DNA of 64,000 bases from Ophelia neglecta (Eukaryota), in assembly GCA_965285935.1 (NCBI GenBank), contig OZ260667.1, positions 22,878,001-22,942,000 of the forward strand, in the 5' to 3' direction. Made by a program: the position numbers and the translations under genes. The notes beneath the pieces were generated by a model. It had not been told where the DNA came from, did no database searches, and saw nothing but the letters and a program-made list of their open reading frames with translations. Positions within the stretch are counted from its first letter, which is position 1; each line of letters begins with the position of its first letter. Positions 12,565 to 23,800 of the stretch are shown here, piece after piece.

Positions 12565-13499
12565 GATGTGAACCCACTATCATCCACGCGAAGGAAAATG
12601 GGGGGGGGGGAGTCTTATGTCGGCCTATTCTAAAAAGTAATAGAATCAATTAAATTAATTATTTCTGCCTGCATTAAAACGTGTTTATAAACACTGTGTA
12701 CATCAGGCTCCAGTAGGTTGGATGAGTTAACCCCTGTGTTTGGTTAATCAGATGCCCCGTAACCAGAGTCAGATATTTTCTAATGTAAGCGTGACTTGGT
12801 CAAACAGTTATTTTGGGTAAAGGTTAGCACGTGTACAATTTAAACTGGACGCTCCGAGAGATTCTGTAGAAGAATCTATTTAACAAAGGCAATGCCTGGA
12901 ACTTTATAATCAAATGTTCCCGTTACAAAACGGATAACCTTGTTTTGAAATATTTATATCTTTAGAAATAAATTGTCGCAGCTGCAAATCCCCAAATATG
13001 ATGCATGAATCTAACAAGGGCTGAACAATGGAACCCTATCATGCTTATTTCTGAAAACTTTCTGCTGTCGGGCAAACAACGTTGCTATTGGGAAGAGTTT
13101 CATCAAAAACTAAACTCCAAGATATTTCGCAGTTTCATTTTCTGGCCTTTACTGTTAATCAATGTATCAAAGGAGAATAATTTTGTCTGAATAAAAAACC
13201 CACTATCTTGTACAAGGTGGCATTTAACTTCCCTTACAGCCTAACCTGTTTTTTGTTCAGTAAATATTAGCAGATGTCAGTACAAATGGTGCAGTGCTAC
13301 ACACACCTTGCATTTTTGTCTGCAATAAATACATAACGGGAGGTCTAATCTGAATCTCATTCAATAGTAGTTAAAGTTGACCTTGGTAGCACTTCATTAG
13401 TTGTCTTCAAATACTACTCTTGACAAGGATAGACAGCCAGTCATCGTTAGGTTGAGACATCTGAAATAATTAAGAATGCTAATTACGAGTGTGAAGCTT

Positions 13500-13657
13500 T
13501 AAGGCCTGTTTCCTTATCATTTAAGTGATTCAGCTAAAATAATGTCTAATGTCGATATGTCGGTGTGCGTGTAGTTGTGGGAGGGGTCAAGTAGAGGCCT
13601 TTTGGGTTCGAAATAAAATTTCGGAGCCATAACCTATATGAATTTTTACTATAGGCC
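13500..13657 (+). repeat. Left target-site duplication (158 bp; partner 14497-14654)
   Basis: Colinear at offset 997, with 6 substitutions counted by eye and no indels. Confidence 0.9.
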
Positions 13658-14496
13658 TGCTGGACACATTCTACAAGTTCCGTCTTACAGAAACACTCAT
13701 GTCGTGGCTCCACAAAGGTCAGGCGACCCATAAGAGACAATGGAAACTACATGTCCAAAATGTTACAAAACAATTACTAGAAGACGACTGGAGACTCCTG
13801 TGTGTAATGTCTCCGTCCCTGGACATCTACCGATTAATGTTCAATAAGTATGGGCAGTTCGAGTGGTGGAAGTCTGCAAAGACCATGAAGGCCATCAGAG
13901 GGGTACAAACAATCTTGAAGTTCATTACTAAATCGTCAGCTCTATATACCCACTTTGGGAGGTATGTATCACCTCATATCTCTGAATGTCCTCTGTGCCG
14001 CTCGGGAACAGACAGCCTCGCCCACTTTCTCCTACAGTGCGAAGCTTTAAGCGATGAGAGGTCCGAAATACAACGACGAATGATAGTCACAGAGGGCTAT
14101 TTTAACCCGTGCCTGAGAATGCTCCATTGGGACACCTACCTACCTGGGGATCGTCAGACCGTCCTAACTGTCCTTTCTGCCATGTACCAGAGGCGAGTTC
14201 ACTGCACCGCTGTGTAAATGCTTATATGATAATATCAAACCAAATGTAAAAACAAAATGTGTCGACGTCCTGCACCCCATATAAACCAAAATACCAGTAA
14301 AACTACCGGAGGGGTGGTCAAATAAAAGCAATACTGTTTATCTTGTGTGAAAGCTGCTGTAATCTACTTATTCATTTATTTTTGTACATACCTTTTTTCC
14401 TATGGTTTTCCAGTTTGAATTTTGACTGCCTGTATTTTCATACATGTACTACTATATGCTCTTCGGAAAGCGGAGGTTAATAAAACATAATAATAA
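13658..14496 (+). mobile_element. 5'-truncated non-LTR retrotransposon (RTE/RTEX-like) with (TAA)n tail and 158-bp TSD
   Basis: Frame is open from the 5' junction to 14217 and contains the CCHC knuckle CPLCRSGTDSLAHFLLQC. The 3' UTR ends AATAAAACA(TAA)4. Flanked by direct repeats 13500-13657 and 14497-14654. Confidence 0.9.
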
Positions 14497-15033
14497 TAAG
14501 GCCTGTTTCCTTATCATTTAAGTGATTCAGCTAAAATAATGTCTATTGCCGATATGTTGGTGTGCGTGTAACTGTGGGAGGGGTCAAGGAGAGGCCTTTT
14601 GGGTTCGAAATAAAATTTCGGAGCCATAACCTATATGAATTTTTACTATAGGCCATATTAACATAAGCTATCTATCTTAACTGAATCATAGAAAATAGAC
14701 ATGTACGCGGCGCCTACTGTATCCAGAGCACGCGATCTATTATAGGCCCAATGATGCTGAACAAAAGCCAACAGCTTTAAGGGCGGGAACAATGCGCCTC
14801 TTTTACAAGTTTTCCGGGGGAGAAAAGGCAGAAAACCGAGGCCCTCCTATAGGTCCAAAAGGGGAGAAAATCAAAACACCGACCCTGGGGCTAAACCTAG
14901 ACCCTCTTATCAATTCCATGAAGGAAAATCCATGATCCCCCCATCCCTTAAACGTACCTCCTGGCCATACTGGTTACTTTTGACGGGGACTTAATATCAC
15001 AGGCAATAACTTCGGGGGGGGGGGGGGGGGGGG

Positions 15034-15302
15034 GCGACAGCAAGGAGTTTATCCGCGAATATGTATAGTTGTTGACTGCCAATTATGCTATAAGATTGAG
15101 TATTGAATATTGTAGTTATTCGTTTGTAAGGGAGACAAGAAAAGTATGTGCACCAGTAATGAAATTAACTAATTGAAACAGTTTAATGTTGTAAATTTCA
15201 TGACAAAGGCCACTACATGGTCAGACTGGTTAAAATGACCATATAAACTCCATTTCAAAGAGAAAAAAACCTTAACTATATTTTTTGCAGTTATTAATAA
15301 AG
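15034..15302 (+). repeat. Diverged dispersed repeat (partner ~17049-17397)
   Basis: Both begin GCGACAGCAAGG.GT.TATCCG and share TGCTATAAGATTGA, GACAAGAAAAGT, CATGACAAAGGC and AACTCCATTTCAAAGA in the same order. Confidence 0.8.
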
Positions 15303-16489
15303 TAAACTAGTCAACTTATTACTTCACTTTTCATGAATCACAGCGAAAGTGACATAGATTGTCAATAGATATTACATGACTCACTATGCAAAATTTGAAA
15401 CAAATATCTTGCTTAGTTTCAAAGATATGGCCAAAAAGGTGTTTTCAACAAAATGATTAATACAATTATTATTGATAATAAAATAAAGTTAACTGGTAGC
15501 CTTATTAATATTATTGTTAGACACAATGTTAAACCAAACCAACTGGAGCATTGTGTTTATGTTCAAAAAGAAAGTATATACTAACTACCATTTTAAAGGT
15601 CAAGTCACATTGATTATTGGTATCTACATTAAATCTTATATATAGTTGCATGACAGCATTATAAAACAGGGAGATCACAAGTTCTCATAGGAAGCATTGC
15701 AAAAGAAACCTCCAATTATACAGTTATTTTTTTTCTCAAATTGACAAGGCTTTGTTTTGTGCTGTCGGAGAAATATAAGCAACACCCCTTTTAAAATCCA
15801 ATGGCATTGTGGTTGCTAACATAAAAGTCAATCAGATCTAATTTCTGCACCAGATATGGGCTGATCTTGACAATGTATATACTGTGTGAATTCTAATATA
15901 ACTTTTAATCATACTGCTTGTTAACCTGCATGAATTGAATATCATCTAATCATTCAAGATTTTTGAGTTGCCATCAGCTAAACCTCTGCCTTCATAAGCA
16001 AGAATAAGGATAAGATTTTTAACAATATAATATATGTTAAGCTATATAAACCATGAATTGACCTGAATTATTCTATTTATCTTTGTGTCTAGTCATCAAT
16101 ATCACCCTAGACAGAGCTATGGTGATATTCCCTCATTGAATTTCCGAAAATCCCATGTATAATTTCCAAGGGAAGACATAAATGTGGGAATACTTTATAG
16201 TATTTTGTGTTGAACATCGCATAAAAGTTTGAAATGCCAGCTAAAGTTGATAACGTAATTCTCAGGTACCGCCCATCTTCCATCATCGCCGCTAAAAAAA
16301 TGTTTCATAATAATTTTGCTTATTAAAAAAAGCTACCACCATCAGCATATTCGTGTTGGGAAACAAAGCCGCCCGCCTCTATTGCACATGTAATAAATTG
16401 TTATACTCGGCCAGATACATAATACTGAGTTAAGTTGAAAGTGAGCCTGTTTTATATATTAAAAATTTGATCGATAGGAAACAAATATG

Positions 16490-17045
16490 AAGACCCTAAT
16501 AGTTATGCTCTGCTAGCGGGGGACATGAACGCAAGTGGTAACATGGCAGGTTATATTGTGAATATCACTGAGTTTATTACGCTACCAGATGAATATATTA
16601 TGGGAATGTAGGTATATTTATCTGAAAATGGTTCATCCATGGTCGATATTAAATTAGCAAATGAAGAAATGCTAACACATATTAAAGATTTTGAAGTTAA
16701 GTTCCCTATAATTTGGAAGGATCTCTGTCAAATACGCTTTCCCTAGAAGTTGAACTATACCAAGAAATAAATTCAGAATCGGGCCATAGTAATGCGAAAG
16801 AACGGTTGTATAGGTGAATGAAATTGGATGCTTGACAATTCCACATTGACGTGATTATTAATGAACTGAGTGATATTGCTGATAATGAAGCAAATTTGAA
16901 TGATGCTGTTAATATTATTTCTGAGAAACTTAATATATGCGATATGGATAGTTTTGCTATAAATAGAGTCGAGGAATCAGCTAGTGATCTCAAAGGGTGA
17001 ATGTGTAACATATGTAAAGAGCAACGACAGTATTTTAACAAGGCC
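16490..17045 (+). mobile_element. Decayed LINE AP-endonuclease fragment
   Basis: Translates to DPNSYALLAGDMNA (GDxN catalytic motif) and YLSENGSSMVDIKLANEEMLTHIKDFEV (SxxD-type motif); multiple stops. Confidence 0.65.
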
Positions 17046-17048
17046 TAA

Positions 17049-17397
17049 GCGACAGCAAGGGGTATATCCGTTAATGTGTGCAATTTCTTATTGGCGAAAA
17101 TGCTATAAGATTGATTAACGAATATTGTAGAAGTGAGTTTGTAAGCAAGACAAGAAAAGTGTGCGCACCATTAATAAAATTAACAAATTGAAATCGTATA
17201 ATGTTGTAAAATGCATGACAAAGGCATGGTCAAACTGCCCAATATAACTCATTAAAAAAGATCTAAAAGCTTAACTAATTTTTCTATGATTATTAATAAA
17301 GTTAACTCAATAACCAATTACAAATGATTAAAGTGTCCATATTAACTCCATTTCAAAGAAAAGACCCTTAACTGTTTTTTGCAGTTATTAATAAAAA
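17049..17397 (+). repeat. Diverged dispersed repeat (partner 15034-15302), with an internal duplication of its 3' part
   Basis: Colinear similarity to 15034-15302. The AACTC...CTTAACT...TTATTAATAAA block occurs twice here. Confidence 0.8.
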
Positions 17398-17713
17398 AGC
17401 CTGCGAATCACTTTATTAGCTTCAGGTGGCCAAATTCGAGATTTTTGACCACTCGGTTCGTTTTCTATAGGGAGATTCCTCAGTCATCTTGTTCCTGTAT
17501 ACTTTTCTTTTGCTACATACTGGGTAGAAAACAGAGTACCCGTCTCTCCCAGTGGGCGACACGCAACTCTTTCATCATATAGACTTAACTGTTTGGAAAC
17601 CGCTGATTGCCGCTGTAATATATGCTAGCCATGGGCCAATGTGTAATATGTGCTATCTGCTGTATTGTTGCAATTTTTTTATGCGAAATTCAATCAATTA
17701 ATCTATCAATATA

Positions 17714-17886
17714 GAGTGAAACCTGGTGTAAAGGGCACCTGGAAATTAGGGACACCTGATAATTAGGGACAGCTACATTAGGACCCAACATATCGTTTTA
17801 TATGTAAAATTACCTTGAGGGGCACCTTAGAAAACAGGGCACTTTAACACAGTCCCTTGCCTGTCCCTAATTTCCAGGTTTCACTG
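17714..17886. mobile_element. Tc1/mariner-type MITE (173 bp)
   Basis: Termini GAGTGAAACCTGG / CCAGGTTTCACTG, TA on both sides, and an internal inverted repeat CCTGGAAATTAGGGACA / TGTCCCTAATTTCCAGG. Confidence 0.85.
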
Positions 17887-20800
17887 TACATACATTGTAA
17901 TAACTGTCTGGTTGTGCTTATGGCCTTCCAAAGATAGTAGCATTATGGAAACCAATTCTTGTCTGTATTTTACCTCTTATCACTTACCTCAGAAGACAAT
18001 AGGTCCGTGCAGTTAAACCCTCAAACATTGTATCCTCTTAATGAGAAATTCCTTGCATTATATTGATAAATATGATGATGTCTACTAACTAGCGGTATTT
18101 TAAAATATCAAACCGTGCTTTCCAATATGGCGGCCTCCTAAGTGTTTTCGTTGGAGGACACGCTTGACTGACCATTGTGGTGTTACACGCGACATGCGAT
18201 CGGAAGGAGACTGAGACAACTGTGAACTGTAATAAGGAGAAAGAGAACAAACATTGTGGCCGACGCAAGAAGGTTGGGTCATTGAAAACAGGAAAACAAA
18301 TAAAGATTATCATTTGCTTTAAGTGTGTGGGGGGAAGCACATTTTGGAACTAACTTCTTTGGGTATTGAGATCTTAGGACTTTGGGGTGCTTTACTTCAT
18401 CTTTTTACAAATTAAGTTAAAAAAAATAAATCCCGATTTTTTTTGTATCACTGTATTTATTTTCATTGCTAGACACAAGTTTAAAAAGTGCGTATTATTT
18501 GTGATCTGTCATCTTCTATTTGTGTTAGTAACCCTTCAATGTACCAAGATCCATTCGGGAATCAGCATTTATTTTAGTGTAATGGCTTTCCTAGTACTTT
18601 AAAGAATACTTAGCTACTTACTTATTACATAACACTCCAATTTTAAGATAACAATATTTTGTAGGAATTCAAAATATTTCTTTAAATTCACATTATGTAG
18701 ACTGCTTACTTTATAGACACCACAACTCACATGCACATATAAAAGCTTGTGCATCATTGTCTTTCACGGCCACATTACAGGTCAATGCACCAAGGCCGAG
18801 TAAAGCAAATTTCCCTAAAACCAGTAGAAAGAAATCGTGTGCCTAGCGTGTGTGTGGTTATTAAGCCTACGATATCTATTTTTAGCAGTTCTCATAATGA
18901 TTGTAGACCTGTCCCATTGATAGTTGCAATCCAAACGAATTGTCATTTTTGCTCATTTATGCTAGAATATCAACCGCGTGGTTGAATTAATAAAGATACG
19001 CGTATAACGATACTACTGCCCCATTAATCTGTACTATGAAGGCCAACGATTTCATTTATCATGGATGGATAGTCGTGGATGGATTAAGAATTATTCGCTG
19101 TTTAACCAGAGCCCATGCAGGATCGATTCGAGCCCTATGCAGGTGAAATCTAACGACATTTCCACACAATTCCATATTTAATATTTAATGGTTTCACGAC
19201 AAAACACAAACCCGACTGTAACAAAATACTTATTTGTAAATCCGGTCCAGAGTCCTATGAAAGTTTGCATTTTTAAGATGGTAAGCCAGCTGTTATAAAG
19301 TATATTTTTTATAGGCACACTTTAAATAGGATAACTCTATAGTTCTATTTTATTCTCGAGGTGGCCTGTACATGTACAGTATAGGCTTACAAGGATGCTA
19401 CTGAACAAAAAATGAAAATACCAATTTTATGACACCATTACATGATATCAAAGTTAAATCTATTTGATTGATTTAATCATTTTAATTAAGTAAAACTTTG
19501 GTCGTTGTGATTTTAACACCATATGTTCTTAGCTGGCGACAATCATTCGTCTTTGCTGTCGACATTATTACGTTATTGCTGGTGACATTTATTCAAATAT
19601 TAAACCTACATTATCTCTGTTTGATTTCCATGGCAATAGTGGAATGGGTGAAGATGGAGACATTTTCAAATGATGGTGACAGCATAAATTATAATTTCAA
19701 AACTCTGTACAATTTAAAATGGAGTCCTATTTTCAACATTCAACAATCGCACACCTGACGTTTTTGCTAAATACAAACCTTCACAGTGTAAAATATTAAA
19801 AATAAGAATCAAACGAAAAGTGTTTTTATACGTAGGAATTATGTTTGCATTTTCTAAAGAAGTATTCATTAAATCCTGCAAGGAAAGGGCCATCTTCGCC
19901 CACCAATGTGTCCGTATAGGATTTCCGAGCCGTATCCTATCACCGTCCTGGTCCAATGAAATATATGACTTATTTCAGTAAAAATCGCCGTGTGGACCAA
20001 GCTGCTGTTCAAACCCTGAGGGTTAAAATTACGGTTTGGTTTCTTATTGACACTGGATTTGGACAAATTATCAGCCATAGATTACAATCATGCTGTTTGA
20101 CTTTCAAAGTTATTGAGGTTGCATTGGAAATAATTTGCCGCCTGAAGATGAGTATTGACCCGGGAGTATTGACAGCTGTGATAGATTATCCAACCCTCGG
20201 ACCTACAGTGCGAAAATATATGAAAAGCCAAACCCGTTATAGTAAGCCTTTAAGTCCTACACATGGCGGTTTAAGTCTAAGAAACAATATAGTTATTATT
20301 TCTCAATGCTAAGGGCCAAATGCAGCTTTGAAGCGACAACATTTACTAGGCGGCTTTTTCTAAGGGTTTTCTAAAGAGAAAGCAATCCTATACCCAGGCA
20401 TATAACTAATGAATGTATGCATGATCATCTGTATACAAGTTAGCCTATGTAAATTAAGAAGTGCTGTGAATACAGGATGAGATGGAAAGTATGTGTGAGA
20501 AAGAGTGCACAAGTGATTTCATTGTGATAATGGATCTAAATGATTTGTGAAACAAGATTTGTGTGCCAGAAAGACAAACGTCGGTATTTTAATTGATATG
20601 AATTTTTAAAAAATAAATGTTTGCATGCAAAACAAACGCTTAACTGTCTAGCCGAGGCTGTTCCCATTCGCGAGATCGAAAATTCACCCACAACGTAAAA
20701 TGTCGCTCTCGCGATAGCCTACATTGGATATGTAAGAAATTTTGTGTGTAAATTTGGAAATCAAACTCAGCTGAAGAGATCTATCGTTTCTACGATTTTA

Positions 20801-23800
20801 CACACAAACCAGTCCGTTAATGAGAAATTGTATACCCAAAATTATAATAATACATCTGTTTAACCAACGAAAAAATACTTTGCTTCAATTATCAGTTTGC
20901 TGTCAACGAGTATCGTTTGGGTCCTGTGATTTGAAAGCATGAAAGATTTTGGTAGTCCCTCTGTGATGGCCATTTTCTAGTTCAGGATATAATCAGTGGG
21001 TCCTGTGCTGAAATCTATATTCTACATAAATTGGGAACTATAAGGAAAGTGGTAAATTGCATGATAAAGACAGTTTACATTTGCGGTGTCCAATGGTAAT
21101 ACTGAACGATTTATTTTAAGAATGGCAGTGGCTGTCTGAAGAAATCCATATAAGGCATAGAAGCTGAGGAGCTATCGCTCTTTGGGGGAAAAAAATTTAA
21201 ACTTACCTTTATTTAGAATCGTAATGCCAATTGAACTAAAATACATATCATAGGTCCTGACAACAATAACCTTACCAAGTAATAATGAAGTAGGTGAGAG
21301 GATGGAAAACCGTATTAAGCAAACAACTACATGCCATGCATGTGAACTAGTAACAGGTGCATATATTGACCCACAGACAGCCGAGTTTTGATCGAATTTG
21401 TTTAGAGTTTTATCTGTATCAAATTTAACTTTTGTGTATCAAATTAAACTTTCGTGTATCAAAAATGCACTAAGAAGTGCAGACCGCGACGTTAATGATT
21501 GTTTTCTTTATTATAAAGTTTCCTGGTATCCATTTGTTTGAAAAGTGATTAATAATCCCTGACGCATTAAAACATGGCCGTCTGTGGTATTTACCCTTAG
21601 CAATAAATTTCTAAGCATTTTTGGGTTGAGAACGTCTCATTGAAGTTTGCATTTTCTATTGTCTATTTTTCCCTCGTCATGATAAAATATCATAATCTTT
21701 TAAATGCATCTAGAGTCATGCATGGGTCAAGGCAGACGTGACACATAGTTATAAAACGAGTCTAACAAAAAACTATGATTAAACTCCCATAGCACATTAC
21801 TCAACAATAATATTTACCTATATAATATCCATTGGAAACCATCCCTAAACAAACATATTATACTGAATAAATCTCATTTTTCTAACCAGAAGCGTTCGAT
21901 CTGATCTTTTGTTGCTTATTTTTTTTCTATTGAAGAGACACGTTTCGTAGCCACGGTAATTAGCTGGGTGTCCTGCTACTCGCCCCTGCCACTGTTCAGG
22001 TGACAAGGAAATGTGGTCCTTTCTCTAGTTTTACAGTAAATAGAAAATAGTTGATGACTGTTGATTCAACCAGGGCCCCGGTATCCAACCAATATTATCA
22101 GGAGTGCTGCCGACCCGGAGTAGAATAAGTCAAAACCCCGATGGTACTTACTTCACTGTTCATAGTTGAGTTCTCATACGTCTGTACCAAAGATCGATTC
22201 CCCAAGCTTAATTGTCTTCAAACTACTTTGTTTGCGAAACGTGCCGCTTCAAACATTGCTTTATCAGATCAAACATATAATACCACTTTCTGAATATACT
22301 ATTAATGTAACAATTGCCATCAAATACAGCCTGAGGTTGTGTAAAGATTTGATTTGCGAAAATGGGAATAACCAGCTTTTATTACCATGGTAACGGCATG
22401 GAGCCCCTTGTGGATATTTTCGACCGTCGTTCAAATCAATTAATAGCATTTCTATCAATTTTCTGAAAATTGTATATATTGTGAAATGGACTTGAATGAA
22501 CAACACCACCGAAAACATCAAAAGGTCTTTGAAAGCGACCAATTTCATTTATTTACATGCATGTTTACTGGACTTGCTACATGGTCTTATGCTACGGCCA
22601 GCAATTATATTTTCAATGCAAAATTTGTTGAAAGTATACAATTTGGGGAAAGACTTACTATTTAACAGCAAGGCAAATAACCATATAGTCTGTATATTTA
22701 AATTGACAAACATTTGTGCATGTAATACAGAAGAAAGTGAATCATTTGATATCGAAAGGTGGGGTTACTGTGTTTATGTGTGGAGGGGGGGTATGAATTT
22801 TACTTCCAAGCCTCAAAGAAATCAAAATAATGAATTAGAGAAAGTTTCAAAGTCATTTTGTACTTAACATTTCTCGGAGGCTTTTTTCTACCTTTTGACA
22901 TTTTTTTTTCAATAGAAATTTTCGCCACCTATCTCACTATAAGTTTCACTAGCCCCAGATATTTTTTTTTCTTTTTATGAAGATCGATTTTTTTGGGGTT
23001 TTCGGCTTTATTTTCAGGGTTATGATATGTTTACTTTACATCACAGTATCCGATTATGTATTCGTTAGCAAAAAGAGTTAGATTTGTTTACGTCAGAAAT
23101 ACGCATGACCCCCCCCCCCATTCTACCCTCCCCGCCCTTACTTGCATACCAACCCCTGCCCCCCTCCTCCCTGCCTTGGATAGGACATGGTCTCAGCTTT
23201 TGAACTTTTGTTCCAACGGGACTATGGGAGTGATATTAGAAGCGAGGCCTAAATTTTTTTTATAGAAAAGTGACAATGTTGTATGGCACCTTTGCCTGAC
23301 AGATTATTAAAATTCAACTTTACTCCCCGCTCACACCCCCCCCCCCCCCGCCCCTACGTCCCCATCCCATTATCCCCTCACCCCACCCATCCCTCCCCTC
23401 ACCCTATCCAGCCCACCATTACTTATATATATCCTTCTCCCCCTAATCATTTTCTTCCGCCTCTTGTTTTCATTGAGCACGTGTTAAATGCTCCGATATC
23501 ACCGTTTGATTATGGCACCAAACATAAAGCTAATCGATTAGTTACTGTCTTTTGTTATAACGGTGAGATAAGTAGACTAAATGAACGTTTGTAATTTCTA
23601 TGCCAAGCGGCCAATCAGTAAACAAGCGTCGGTTAGTCTCATGAAGGCGCGAGACCCGGTTGTTTACCTGCTGCCAAGACTTGGTTTTGTTCTCAGGTCG
23701 CTCTACTGTCATTTCTCAGACGACCATCACGCCTTGTGGGTTTAACACTATTAAAAAGGGTTTTAGAAAAATAAGATACCATGGGAGCCTTAAACAGCGG

